A stretch of DNA of 64,000 nucleotides, taken from contig NC_052154.1 of NCBI RefSeq assembly GCF_902713615.1, positions 192,796,948 to 192,860,947 on the forward strand, given 5' to 3'. Within the stretch, counting starts at the first letter, position 1; every line of letters starts with the position of its first letter. The notes under the pieces were generated by a model. The model was not told where the DNA came from. It worked only from the letters and a program-made list of their open reading frames with translations, and did not search any database. Position numbers and translations under genes: made by a program. This DNA is from Scyliorhinus canicula. Taxonomy: Eukaryota. This document shows positions 11,736 to 25,150 of this stretch, piece after piece.

Positions 11736-12659
11736 ACTGAAGTGCTTCTAATCAGTTGACTGATTATTAAGAGTTGAAAGGATGCAGTGTGTATGTGTGT
11801 GAGTTTTTATTTTCAAGCATTGCACTGCAGCAAATAGTAGACCCTCTGCTTATTTTCCTAGAAAGCTGTAAGCTAACGGCAGTCCACTCTCACTCTGGTA
11901 AACAATCTCAACAAATGACATTAACTCTTGTCTGCTGCATTGAACAATGACACCAAAAGGACCTAAAATAACTTCCGTACTCGTACAGCTAAACTTCACA
12001 GCATAGGTTTAATTATCTTGTATTCTCTGCTAAAGCCGTGTCACAAACTATTTTTATTTTTTTCCATCCAGATGGTAAGAAATAGATGCTGGCTGTGAAT
12101 ATAAAGAAATAGCTAATGTATTGCAACAGAACAAGCTGGCTACTTTGATTGTACAACTTTTGTGCAGTTTTTACTCAACCATAATTAATGCCCAACACTG
12201 TCCACAGAGATAAAGCTGAATACAAGATCCCTAATACTCTATGACCTATTAGTGTCAGGTGATAAAGTAGAAGATACCAGTTTGCTCTGATTTGGCCTAC
12301 AAATGGACATGGTACGCTGCAGCATATTTACATAAAATGACCATGGAATTTGACTTGGTACTCCAATGAACTAACATTGTGATTCTGTATGCTGATCTGT
12401 AGAAAGGAAAACAATGGTGATTGTATGCCATTTCTCAAAAACTTAAAACAAATCCAGATTTCACAAGGCCCCTAAAATTGACCTCGACTAGATATAAATG
12501 GTTATCTTTAACACACAGATTACCTGTATGAAGTTGTGGAAAAGGTGCTCATGATTTAACTGCCCATTTGAAGAGCAAATTAATTCAAAGAATGTCGCAG
12601 GCACCATCCTTGTTACTGCATCATTCCTTAATATAAATCACACAACCAAGTAACAACAT

Positions 12660-12836
12660 GAAATGAAAATCGCTTATTGTCACAAGTAGGCTTCAAATGA
12701 AGTTACTGTCAAAAGCCCTTGTCGCCACAATCCAGCGCCTGTTTGGGGAGGCTGGTACGGGAATTGAACTGTGCTGTTGGCCTGCCTTGGTCTGCTTTAA
12801 AAGCCACTTATTTAGCCCTGTGCTAAACCAGCCCCT
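12660..12836 (-). mobile_element. Short tRNA-derived SINE (GGGGCTGGTTTAGCAC head, L2-like tail)
   Basis: Same family as 33451-33632, 39568-39740, 46866-47030 and 59178-59358. Confidence 0.8.
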
Positions 12837-13889
12837 GCATAGATTGTTTATCATTCCATCCACATTTGTGATCCTCCCTGTCTATGTGGAAGATAATTGC
12901 CATGAAGAACTGCTTCCTGATTTTTAGTTTGTAAGTATGCTCTGTTCTATAGCTTGAAAATTTGAAAATGCCCTGGGTTTACATTGTCTATTCCTTTTAA
13001 ACATTGCATTAATGCAACTTGCTCTAATATTTTTAAGCACACAATTTAAAGCATTTCATAGTAGAAATGAGCAAATGGAATCTTAAAAAGTTGAGTTGAG
13101 TAGTTTCTTTGTAGGGAGAAGAGACGAGTGATTTAGGATGGGTTGAATAAGTAGAACAGAGGTGTCCAAAGCCTCTATCATCAATAATGTACAGTGCACT
13201 TGTTCTTTCAAGGTCATGTTAGCTGTGATCACGGCAGCACTCATACCGAGTCAATGTTCTGGATTCATGATCCATTCCATCAAATGCTGCACTGTAAGGG
13301 GTGCCATCTCACATGCGAGACGTTAAACCCAAGGCTTTGTCTGCCCTCTCGGGTAGATGTAAAATGATTAATTGCACTAATGCAACCTTAGCTGAAGCCT
13401 GTTCCCTTTCAAACCTAATGGTGCTGAGGTCAACCATGGCACCCTAATTTCTGCCTCCGCTGAGACCAACTAATTCATGCCAGACATCAAAGTTGGAACG
13501 TTGCCACCTATATGTGTTAATATTACACAATGAAGCATTTTATGCACTGCAGGGCCTTGTTAATCTACACTGAAGGTATGCACTATGCTTTGGGAAAGAA
13601 CAGCTGTATGGATGTTTGGTGACATTCCCTTCATCAGAAGCAAGCATTAAAGTGGATGGTGTCGGTAACAGTCTCGGTAGTTTGTGAGGTGAAGACTTAA
13701 TAAGGAGAGGAGAATTTAAATCACTGTTGCGTAACAAAGGACAGAGGGTTTTGGAGTTTCGGTGCTGTTTACTGTTTCCAAACTGACCTCGGCTGCCATT
13801 TCTGACAGCTGTAATCTCCATATAATTCCCGGACCGACAATAACTTTCATGGGATGTGGTGTCGCTGACAAGGTCAGCATTTGTTGCGC

Positions 13890-14210
13890 ATCCATAATTG
13901 CCCTTGAATTTTCTAACCACGCAAGAGACAACAACATTGCTGTGGGTCTGGAGTCACATGTAGGCCAGACCACGTGAGGGCGGCAGATTTCCTTCCCTAA
14001 AGGACATTAGTAAACCAGATGGAGTTTTAACAACTATCAAAGATAGTTTCATTGTCACCATTACTGAGAGTAGCTTTATATTCCAGATTTATTTATTGAA
14101 TTTAAACTCCACCAGCTGCCTTGGTAGGATTTGATCTATGCCTCCAGAATATTAGCCTGCGTGTCTGGGTTACTGGTCCAGTGACATTACCACTACATGC
14201 TCATCTCCTC
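13890..14210 (-). mobile_element. tRNA-derived SINE with CR1-like tail (older family)
   Basis: Minus-strand head gtagtggtaatgtcactggac; body ctgtgggtctggagtcaca shared with 50260-50300. Confidence 0.6.
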
Positions 14211-14269
14211 TACGTCCCCCACCCCACCCCCAATTAACAATTTGTTCATCAAATCCACAAAATGAGAAT

Positions 14270-14690
14270 AATTTACATTCATAACTTCTTTTGCAACATC
14301 AGTACATCCCAAGGTGTTATACAATCAGTGAAGTAAGTTTTGAAGTGTCGTCATTGTAATGTAGGAAATGTGGCTGCCAATTTGTGGCAATTCCCACAAA
14401 GTGTGACAAGATGATACTTTTAAAGTGATGTTGGTTAAGGAAGAGGCAAAAAGGACAGCTGGGGAAATGTTTAACTTACGAGTAGTGTTGTAAGATCTTT
14501 CATATCCACCTGAGAGGGCAGAGGGGGCCTCCGGTTGAATGTCGCATCCAAAAGACAGCAGCGTCAACATTACAGCCCTCCTTCAGTCCTGCGCTGGAGT
14601 GGTGGCCTGGATTTTATGCTCAGTTTTCAGGAGAGGAACTTGAGCCCACAACCCGCTGGCTCACAGGTGAGTGTGTTTCCAAACTAAGCC
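14270..14690 (-). mobile_element. SacSINE1/DeuSINE-like element
   Basis: Reverse complement of the Deu-domain (ggctgccaatttg...cccacaaa; agatctttcatatccacctgagaggg). Confidence 0.65.
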
Positions 14691-14694
14691 AAGA

Positions 14695-16790
14695 ATGTAA
14701 CAATTTACATTTATATCATGCACTTAATGTTCTAAGATGCTGAACAAGAGCGATAGTCAACAGAAATATTCGTAACAGCCTTAGAAGCAGAAATCAGGAA
14801 CAGTGACCAAAAATGTGATTAATGAGTTGATATTTCACACAATGTTAAAAGAGTGTTGCAGAAGGAATTCCAGAATTGGGTCCAAGGCACTGCTGCCAGT
14901 GGTGGCGGGATTAAAGCTAGGAATTCACAGGAGATCAGAATTGGTGTTGTTGGGTTGGAGTTGTTTCAATGATTCCTGAAGACTGTTCGCCATAAACACT
15001 TCTAAATGATTTTAACATATTTGCAAATTATGGAGAACAATCTTACAACTTTATGACCATGCTTACTTTCCTTTTAGTTTCACTGTAGACTGTCCCAGAG
15101 TCTCAGTGGAAGTCACTTTCTCCTCTGGCATCACAGAATATTACAGTTAAATCTTCATCAGATTTCGTCTAACAAATTCCATCACACTGCGGATTGTAGA
15201 GATATGGAAGGCTTGCAGGGGCTGACGGAGGGGCTATGCATATAGCCATGGAACGATTTGGAAACCAAGATGATTTAAAACTGAAAACACTTGATGGGGG
15301 AGCCAGTGAAGGCCATCAAGCACAGGGCTATGGGTGAGAGCAGGATAGAGTTTAAAATAAGCATGTTTATGTAGGTTGGAAGATCAATTTCAGCCTGGGT
15401 GACTGTGAACATAGAACAGTACAGCACAGAACAGGCCCTTCGGCCCTCGATGTTGTGCCGAGCAATGATCACCCTACTTAAACCCACGTATCCACCCTAT
15501 ACCCGTAACCCGACAACCCCCCCACCCCCTTAACCTTACTTTTTAGGACACTACGGGCAATTTAGCATGGCCAATCCACCTAACCCGCACATCTTTGGAC
15601 TGGGAGGAAACCGGAGCACCCGGAGGAAACCCACGCACACACGGGGAGGACGTGCAGACTCCGCACAGACAGTGACCAAGCCGGGAACCGAACCTGGGAC
15701 CCTGGAGCTGTGAAGCATTTAATGCTAACCACCATGCTACCGTGCTGCCCTACCGTGAAGTTTGTACATTCTCCCAGTGTCTGCATGGGTTTCCTCCGGG
15801 TGCTCCTATTTCCTCCCACAGTCCAAAGATGTGCAGGTTAGGTGGATTGGCCAAGCTAAATTGCCCCTTGGTGTCCAAAGACGTCCAGGTTCAGAGGGTC
15901 AATGCAGACTCAATGGGGCGAATCGTCTCCTGCACTGTAAGGATTCTATAGATTTGAAGTCTAAATCAGCAACGGCTGGATGAAGGTTTCAGTGGCAGAT
16001 GAGCTGAGAGAGTTGGAGGTCACAGAGGAAGAGGAGTCCTTGGAGGTGATTCTCGAGCTGTGTTTGGATAGGTAAGAATTAAACAAAGCTGGGGCAGTTC
16101 CACTAGCTGGATGAAGGTGAGGTTGTCACTGTGTCAGGGTTTATTACAATCCCAGTCCCAAGAATTTCATTTGTGACTTTGGCTGCTTCAATACTGAGTG
16201 GGTCAGAAACCTGACTGGATTCAAACGTGGAATTGTGGAAATATAGGAACTGATTTGGGAAGCTACAATAAATTCACAGACTTGAGAAGAAAGAGAAGTT
16301 TGAAAAGGGGCAATAGTTTCCAATCCAAATATGGGACAGATGAAGGTGGCAAATTTATTGAGGTGGAGACAGTAACCAAGGAAAGAATGGTTAATAATGT
16401 CAGCTAACATGGCTCAGTAAGGAAAGCAATGTGATTAACAGTTGAGTTCAAATAGGATTGGAGAGAACATATATTGAGTTTCCTGGACAGGGGTAAGGTT
16501 AGAGAGAACACTGCAGGAGAAGGGATAGAATCTAGAGAAAGTAGCAAAAGTCTAGGCAAATCGACAAGTTTTATCCAAAGGACTAGGAAAAGGGAAGGAA
16601 TTGGCAGAGACAGCTGAATTAACACCCTTTCTCACAGAGATCAGGGTGTAGGAGGCTGCAGAAAGTCGTTTAAGAAACGGGTTTGCAGTTGAGAAAAGAA
16701 GACAGGAAGTATCTTTGCATTATTGTAAAGCAGTTTTAGTGATGGGAAGCATCACCCGAAATGCTTCAGGTGCTCTGGCAAGATTATTGA
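14695..16790 (-). mobile_element. Decayed L2-clade LINE fragments interrupted by SINEs
   Basis: L2-like 3' end aatttacatttatat; RT remnant MLADIIN... followed by a degenerate NYRPISNL-type region at ~16150-16410. Confidence 0.55.
15380..15950. mobile_element. Nested HE1 SINEs: minus-strand copy (15409-15750, ATAGAAC tail) inside a plus-strand copy
   Basis: TSD-like ACTGTGAA/ACCGTGAA; the host SINE resumes at 15752. Confidence 0.85.
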
Positions 16791-16877
16791 GGGATATAAA
16801 ATACTAAAAGGGATTGATAAATATAAACCAAATGTTCCCGCTTGTGTGGCTACCTAGAACAAGAGGTCGCAGATATA

Positions 16878-17110
16878 GGTGGGACAGTGGTTGGCACTGC
16901 CTCCTCAGTGCCAGGGACCCGGGACAGCATGGTGGGACAGTGGTTAGCACTGCCTCCTCACAGTGCCAGGGTGGCACAGCGGTTAGCACTACTTCCTTAC
17001 AGTGCCAGAGATCTGGGGCAGCACAGTGATTAGCACTGCCTCCTCAGTGCCAGGAGTCCGGGTTCAATTCTGGCCTTGGGGAACTGTGGAGTTTGCACTT
17101 TCTCCCCGTG
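16878..17110 (+). repeat. Tandemly reiterated SINE 5' heads (about 4 copies of ACAGTGGTTAGCACTGCCTCCTCA(CA)GTGCCAG)
   Basis: Units begin near 16879, 16932, 16970 and 17017; only the last continues into a B box and SINE body. Confidence 0.75.
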
Positions 17111-17480
17111 TAAGCTGTTATGATGCAAAATTCATTTCAAGGTCAAAGCGGGCAATGATGTCATTTTTCATTTCAGATTCTGCATGAGGTGCAACTTACC
17201 AGCTTTAATGATTTTTTTAAACCTTTTTAGATTCCCAGTTTGAGTTTCTGAGAGCTTGGTCTTTGAGTAACTCCCATTGGCCATTGCACCTCCAACTTTC
17301 TCACACATCCAATATTTAATGCCAGAAGAAAACCAATTATGGAATTACTATAAGCTTCTTTATTAAAGATGAACATATTTTACGTGCTGTAAAAGGAGGA
17401 GGCCGGACTGGTCTGCACCAGATACCTAGCTAGTCCCATTCCCCGGCCCTATCTCCGTCGCCCTCTAAATGTATCACTGA

Positions 17481-18207
17481 CATAGAACATAATAGAACAT
17501 AGAACATTACAGCGCAGTACGGGCCCTTCGGCCCTCGATGTTGCGCCGACCTGTGAAACCATCTGAAGCCTATCTGACCTACACTATTCCATTTTCATCC
17601 ATATGTCTGTCCAGTGATCACTTAAATGCCCTTAAAGTTGGCGAGTCTACTACTGTTGCAGGCAGGGCATTCCACACCCCTACTACTCTCTGAGTAAAGA
17701 AACTGCCTCTGATATCTGTCCTATATCTATCACCCCTCAATTTAAAGCTATGTCCCCTCGTGTTGGTCATCACCATCCGAGGAAAGACTCTCACTGTCCA
17801 CCCTATAGAACATAGAACATAGAACGATACAGCGCAGTACAGGCCCTTCGGCCCACGATGTTGCACCGACATGGGAAGTCAAAAACTAAAGGCCATCTAA
17901 CCTACACTATGCCATTATCATCCATATGCTTATCCAATAAACTTTTAAATGCCCTCAATGTTGGCGAGTTCACTACTGTTGCAGGTAGGGCATTCCACGG
18001 CCTCACCACTCTTTGCATAAAAAACCTACCTCTGACGTCTGACCTATATCTATTACCCCTCAATTTAAGGCTATGTCCCCTCGTGCTAGCCACCTCCATC
18101 CGCGGGAGAAGGCTCTCACTGTCCACCCTATCTAACCCTCTGATCATTTTGTATGCCTCTATTAAGTCACCTCTCAGCCTTCTCCTCTGTAACGAAAACA
18201 ACCTCAA
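17481..18207 (-). mobile_element. Two stacked CR1/HER1-type LINE 3' ends
   Basis: Two (ATAGAAC)n tails at 17481 and 17805, each followed by TRGHS.KLRG.RYR.D.RG.FF.QRVV..WNALPATVV coding remnants. Confidence 0.88.
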
Positions 18208-18219
18208 GTATACATATAT

Positions 18220-20620
18220 ATATCCAACTCTCTTTTGAATCCTCCTATGGAATCCATCTCCACCACTCTCCGGATAGCGCATTCCAAATCCCAACAAATC
18301 TCTAGAGTAAAGACGTTTCTCCTCACCCCACTCCGAGCTCTCTTGCTGACCATCTTGAAATTGTGACCCCGGTCACTGACTTACCAACCCCTAGTCACTG
18401 ACTACCAACAGAATATCCTTCTTTACCCTGTCAAAATTGTTCATCATTTTGAACACCTCTTAATCATCTCTGCTCTAAGGAGAACAAACGTAATTTCTCT
18501 CATCTTTCCTTGTATAAAATTTCTTATTTCTGGTACAATCTCCTCTGCACTCTATCCAGGACACCTGCACACCTTTCAATTGTGGGGGTGAGACCCACGC
18601 AGACACAGGGAGAATGTGCAAACTCCACACGGACGGTGACCGGGGCCAGGATCGAACCCGGGTCCTCAGCGCCGTGAGGCAGCAGTGCTAAGCACTGCGC
18701 CATCGTGCTGTCCCTGACCAATGATTTGTAGAGGTGTAACATCACCTCTTTGCCTCTTTTCATAAACCCAAGTATCCTTTAAGACTTCTTTACAACTGTT
18801 TCAACTTGCCTGGCTAGCTTCAGAGAATGATGCATTTGAACCCCAAAATCCCTCTGTTCTTGTACTCCCCTCAATGTTGTACCATTGAGCCTGTATTGCC
18901 TCCCCATGTTTCTTCTCCCAAAATGCATTATTCTGCATTCAAATTCATCTTCCAAATGTCTGCCCATTTGGCCAACTTGTCAATGTCTCTCTGAAGTCGC
19001 TCAGCATCACCCTCACAATTCACTATTCTCCGTAGCTTAGTATCATCTGCAAACTTAGATACCTCGTCAAATAACTCAATGAAATTTCTCAGACATGACC
19101 TGCCCTTGACAAAACCATGTTGACTTCCTTGTATTAACTTATTTTTTGCTAAGTGTACATTTATCTTATCCCGTATTATGGCCTCCATCAGTTTTCCCAC
19201 TATTGATGTCAAGCTGACAGGTCTGTAGTTTCTTGCGTTATTCCTTGACCCTTTCTTAAACAACAGCGTCACATTTACAATCCTCCAGTCCCCTGGGAAT
19301 AATCCAGTGTTCAAGGGCCTGGAAATTTTCTGGCAACGGCTCCACAATTTGCTCCCTTACCTCTCTCAGCAATCTCGGATGCACGCCATCCGGGCCTGGT
19401 GACTTCTCTACCTGGAGTGCTGCCAGCCTTTTGAGCACATTTTCTTTATCTATCATTCTACTGCTCAGTTGCTCAACACCCACATTTTCAACTGGGCCAT
19501 TGTCACCATCTTCTATTTTGGTAAAGACAGAAGCAAAGTACTCATTTAGTACCACTGCCATACCCTCCGCTTCAGTGAGCAGTTCACCCCCTGCTTCTCC
19601 CTTATGGGCCCCACTCTATCCTTCACTAATCTTTTACCATTAATATGTTTGAAGAACATTTTACTATTTGTTTTAGCACTGCCTGCCATTCTTTACTCAT
19701 GCTTCCTCTTAGCCTCCCTTATTCCAGCCTTAGCTTCTCACCTGCATTTGAGATACTCTTCCTGATTTCTATTGCTATTATTATTCCGGCATGTATCATA
19801 TGCCTCTTTTTTCTTCCTTATTTTCTCAGTAACCTTAGTCATCCAGGGTACTCTAGCTTTGGATGCCCCATCTTTATTGCTCATGGGTATGTACATAGCT
19901 TGCACCCTTGAACGTCTCCCATTTTTCATTCACTATTTTATCCACCAAAATGCGTTTCTAATCAACCTGTTCCAGGTTCAACTTTTAGACTGTAAAATTT
20001 GCCCTTTTCTAGTCAGGGATCTTAATCAGTGACTGATTTTTATCCTTTTCCAACTTAATATTGAACCTTATTGTATTATGATTGCTATTCCCCAACTACT
20101 CCCTCACTCTGACCAGAAAGTTGCCCTGCAAGAACTGCAGGAATTTCTTCCCTTCCGTGCCCCACAATCTACCCTTCTCCCAGTCTACCGTAGGGTAATT
20201 GAAATCCCCAATTACCGCAACCCTACTTGTCCTGCAGATCTCCATAATCTGCCTACAAATGCTCTCTTCCACTTTCTCCCCACTATTTGGAGGTCTAGAA
20301 TAAATACCCAATAAGGTGTAACTATTCCCTTCATGTTTCTCACCTCCAACCAAATAGATTCTAATTCAGGAATTGCATCTTGTTCAAGAGCTATCATACT
20401 ATCATTGACCAAGACAGTTACACCTTCTCTCTTTTTACCTACCCTGTTTCTACTAAAAACCTGATCACCCGGGATGTTGAGTATCCACTCCTGTTCTGGC
20501 TTAAGCCACGTATCTGTCAATGCTACTTTGTCATGTCCCCCGAGAGCAATTTCTGTTTCCAGTTCGCCAATTTTGTTCACAATACTCTGTGCATTTACAA
20601 GAATTATACACACCCTTTAA
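18220..20620 (-). mobile_element. Decayed, internally deleted CR1 LINE (endonuclease and RT remnants), with an HE1 insert at ~18563-18714
   Basis: NAQSIVNKIGEL, GIYSRPPNSG, IGDFNYP, LNEYFASVFT, KSPGPDGVHPR, NYRPVSLTSIVGK, SQHGFVKGRSC, KFADDTK. Confidence 0.9.
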
Positions 20621-21249
20621 TGTATTGGTCTAATCTCCCACCCTTTAGTGAGCACAAAATTTGCCATAGGTTGGAGGAATAACACATTTTAATCGGGCTG
20701 TACTTTGACATACCAATGACAAAGCTGAAGTAGGAAATTCAACAAAACTGGGAATCAAACATGCATCCCATTAAGAACAATAATCATTATTATTATTATT
20801 ATTGTTCTCTGCTGGCAAAGTCTCTTACAAAGAGTAAATAATCCGGTATCGTCCTGAGCTACACCAAAGAGGATAGTTGCAGGTCCGATCTTCAGTCATA
20901 TTGGAATTATTTGGTGGCAGCTGAGACAGCGGTGTGTTCACCATTATCGGCCTGAGGCTGGGGAAGACAATAGTCAAGACTCCTGGTGACTATCCAGCAA
21001 CTTGCAGCTAGACAGCACACCACAGGCATGAAAAGCAATTCATCCAATAATTCTTTGAAAGGTTTATTTCCTCAGATCTGGGGTAATTACTTTTATTTAA
21101 TGGCTTTACTTCTACTTGGTACATTACTCCAAACATCTCAATTGTTTTACCTGATGGGAGTTTTCTCACACCCAACCAAATACTTCATAACTAAGCTTGC
21201 ATACAAAAAGGATCATCACCTTGGTGAAGTGCTAGAGGACTGCGAAAAT

Positions 21250-21559
21250 CATAATAATAATCTTTATTGTCACAAGTAAGCTTACATTAACACTGAAATG
21301 AGGTTACTGTGAAAAGCCCCTAGTTGCCACATTCCGGCACACGTTCGGGTACACAGAGGGTGAATTCAGAATGTCCAAATTACCTAACAGCAAGTCTTTC
21401 GGGACTTGTGGGAGGAAACCAGAGCACCTGGAGGAAATCCACGCAGACACGGGGAGAACGTGCCTACTCCGCACAGACAGTGACCCAATCCGGAAATCGA
21501 ACCTGGGACTCTATCGCTGTGCAGCCATAGTGCTAACCATTGTGCTACCGTGCTGCCCC
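21250..21559 (-). mobile_element. Chimeric SINE: HE1-type head with L2-like tail
   Basis: HE1 head joined to the gaaagac...gtggc.actaggggcttttcacagtaac...tgtgacaataaagattatt tail. Confidence 0.8.
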
Positions 21560-21984
21560 CGTTCTGCAGCACGTTCTGCCCAACAGAAGCTATTCCCAAG
21601 CCAATACTCGAAGAGGAGAAATTGGGAGAGGAAACAAAGTTTTCCCCTTCATGGTGGATGCAATACCTGGAATTTTTCTCAAAAGTACATATCACTGTCA
21701 CTGACTGACTTAAAGCTTTGGAATACTCTTTCCAAATATCCATCATTGTCCATGTAAATCCTTTGTCAAACATCCAACAACTAGCGAGAGAAACAAAATA
21801 CACTTAGCTTTGCCGAAAGCTTGATCAATGCATTTGGGTCACTCCAATAGTTCCTAGAACAGTGGTTACGTTGCAATCCATAATTGATGGCTTAAAACTG
21901 AAGGAATGTTTCACAGCAAAATGACCCATTCACCATTGATTAAAATCACGTTCTTGGGAGTGAAACAAACTCCATGTAAAAAAT

Positions 21985-22560
21985 AAAGATTTGCATTCTT
22001 AAAGCATTTTTCAAAACCTCAAGACACCCAAAGCACTTTAATCGACCATAAACTATTACTGTGTAATATTGGACAAAGCAAGTTCCTACAAACAGCAATT
22101 GTTTTAGGTGTTCATTGAGAGTTCAGTGTTGGGTAGGATTTTCTTGTTATTTTTCCAACAGTAACATCCACCAGATATGACAGGGATTTTGTTTAATATC
22201 TCCTCTGAAAGATGGCACCTCTTAATTCTGTATAGTTTTTTAAAATAAATTTAGATTACCCAATTATTTTTTCCAATTAAGGGGCAATTTAGCGTGGCCA
22301 ATCCACCGACTCTGCACATTTTTGGGTTGTGGGGGTGAAACCCACGCAGACACGGGGAGAATGTGCAAACTCCACACAGACTGACCCAGAGCCGGGATCG
22401 AACCTGGGACCTCAGCGCCGTGAGGCAGTTGTGCTAACCACTAGGCCACCGTGCTGCCCTCTAATTCTGTATAGTTAAAGATTTCAGCCTAGATTATGCG
22501 CTCAAAAGAGTAGAGCTCGAATTTGCAACCTTTTGACTCTGAGGTCAGAATGTTAACACT
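21985..22560 (-). mobile_element. SacSINE1-like element with a nested HE1 (22236-22459)
   Basis: aagatttgcattctt tail; HE1 flanked by TSD TAATTCTGTATAGTT. Confidence 0.65.
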
Positions 22561-22569
22561 GAGCTGGAA

Positions 22570-24379
22570 CTTGAGTATTTTGTGGTGTCTCGGCTAGGGG
22601 TGGGGGGGGGGGGGGGGGGGGCTGCCATTCCGTAGAGCAGGGACTCACTTTAGGTACCTGGGGGTGCAGGTTGCCCGCGAGTGGGGGGGGGGGGGGGGGG
22701 GGAGCTCCGCAGGTACAACATTTCTAGTTTGGTGGGGAGAGTGAAAGCCGATGTGGCAAGGTGGGATGGTCTCGCTCTGTCACTGGCGGGTTGGGTACAG
22801 GTGGTTAAAATGAACGTGTTGCCGCGATTTCTGTTTATTTTTCAATGCCTGCCGATTTTCCTGCCAAATGCTTTTTTCAGAGCGATTGAGGGCAGGATTA
22901 CGTTGTTCATATGGGGAGGGAAGGTGGCCAGAGTGAGAAAGGTGCTGCTACAGAGGGGAAGGCAGGCAGGGGGTTTGGGTCTTCCAAACCTGATGTATTA
23001 CTACTGAGCGGCGAATGTGGAGAAGGTGCGGAGCTGGGTCAGAGGGGTTGATTCCCAGTGGGTCAGAATGGAGGAGAGTTTGTGCAGGGGGTCAGGATTG
23101 AAAGCACGAGCAACAGCGCCACTCCCGTTGGCCCCGGGGAAGTACTCAGGGAGTCCGGTAATAATAGCTTCATTGAGAATTTGGAGGCAGTTTCGCCAAC
23201 ACTTTGGGTTGGGGGCAGGGTCAAGGGAAATGCTAATTCGGGGGAACCACAGATTTGAGCCAGGGAGGTGGGATGGAAATTTTGGGAAATGGGCGGAGAA
23301 AGAGATTAAGACACTGAAAGATTTGTTTCTTAGGGGTCGGTTTGCAGGATTGAGGGAGCTGGAAATGAAGTATGGGCTGGAACAGGGGGAAATGTTTAGA
23401 TATTTTGCCAGAAAGGAGATACAGAGCTTCCCGGAGGAACCGGCCTCCACATTGCTGGAGGTGGTGCTGATGACAGGGTGACTGGAGAAGGGGGTAGTGT
23501 CAGTGGTTTACGGAGCTATTTTGGAACAGGAGAAAGCACCACGGGAAGGGATCAAAGCAACGTGGGAGGAAGAGTTGGGAGAGGATACGGAGGAGGGGTT
23601 CTGGTGTGAGGTGTTCCGGAGAATGAATGCCTCCACCTCATGCACGAGGTTGGGGCTGATACAGCTGAAGGTGGTATACAGAGCGCACCTCACGAGGGCG
23701 AGGATGAGCCGATTCCTTGAAGGAGTAGAAGATGTGTGTGAACGTTGCGCGGGGGGGGGGGGGGGGGGGGGGGGGGGGCTACTCATCTTCATATGTTTTG
23801 GTCCTGTCCAAAGCTAGAGGAGTACTGGAAGGAGGTTTTTAGGGTATAATTTCGAAAGTGGTGCACATGAAACTGGACCCGGACCCCCGGGTGGCCATAT
23901 TCGGGGTGTCGGACCAGCCAGGGTTGGAAACGGGTGTGGAGGCAGATGTTGTAGCCTTCGCCTCGTTAATCGCCCGAAGGCAGATCCTGATAGGATGGAG
24001 AGCAGCCTCTCCACCCCGTTGGAATTCATGACTCTTGAGAAGGTTAAGTTTGAACTGAGGGGAAGGATGGAGGGGTTCTACAATTCATGGGCATTATTCA
24101 TTATGAACTTGCAAGAACTGGACAACATCGAACATTATTTGGGGGGGGGGGGTGAGTGGGAGGGGGGGCTGTGTGTGTTAATGGTGACTATGGGTGATTC
24201 CTGATTCCTTTTTTGTCATTTGTTTATGTGAACATGAGGGCTAATGTTTGGGGTTTGGTGGGAGGATGGGATCGTTGTTATTGATTTGGGGATTGACTGA
24301 TTATTGTTTATTGTTGGTGGGTGTAAATTTGGGAGAAAATGTGAAAAAGGGGGAAAATAAAGAAATATTTAAAAAACAT
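22570..24379 (+). mobile_element. 5'-truncated L1-clade LINE (ORF2 C-terminal part, frameshifted)
   Basis: RW..L.LSLAG.VQVVKMNVLPRFLFIFQCLP...FIW...GGLGLPN and a CxxC zinc-knuckle remnant; AATAAA with A-tail; TSD ACTGAGCTGGAA at 22558-22569 and 24380-24391. Confidence 0.92.
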
Positions 24380-24459
24380 ACTGAGCTGGAATTAATACCC
24401 AACTTACTCCTAAACGTCCTCAGCAAGTCTACCTCCTGCTCTCCTATTTGGCTGATGCA

Positions 24460-25150
24460 AGGACAATCAAAACTAAATGAACAAAACTTTTTAAAAGGGA
24501 CACAAACAATAAATCCAAATTTAAAATAAAATCAAAGGAAATTTATTAAATTAAAATCATAGTATTTACTTTTATTTACTACATTCTTATCCAACACTTA
24601 AACATAAAGAATCATTACAACCATGGTGATACAATGACATAGTTAACAAGAACTCATAAACCCATCAGAAGTGTCAATAATTAATTCAGGTTCCTGCACG
24701 AACCACCAGTCAAAGAGGACCTTAAGGGTTCCATGTATTCCTTCTGCTAGGTCACTTCGGCACAGAGAAGAGCAGCCAACATGACCACTACGCAGGTGAT
24801 GACCAACCTGGACCTTTAAGTAGACACCCTGATCCGACCCAGTGGCAAACCCACTCCTCCAGCTTTCCACACAAAGACCAGGAGTAAGTGATTGAGATGC
24901 AACCAGATACGAAGGAGTTCAACACACAAGTGAATCTCTCCCGCTCCATGTGTTGGTGAAACAGGGACACATTCAGAAGTTACAGGCAACCTGGGAATCC
25001 CTGAATCAACTTAAAGATCACTTTGACAGTTCTGTTTGAATCATTAATCCTCTTTCATGCCAAATTGGAGTTGATTCAATCAATCTATTCTTTCAAAAAC
25101 CTGATCCCGAAATGTGGAAGCAAGTAGTGTATCATCAGCTCTGTACGTAG
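24460..25150 (-). mobile_element. Decayed Tx1-like LINE 3' fragment
   Basis: Minus-strand remnant ...GTLKVLFDWW...ELIIDTSDGF* followed by an AT-rich 3' UTR with gtccctttttaaaaag, resembling Tx1 ends. Confidence 0.4.

Noticed and set aside
22681-24204. L1 ORF2 segments as a functional or domesticated gene
   Set aside because: 5'-truncated, with stops and frameshifts and flanked by a TSD.
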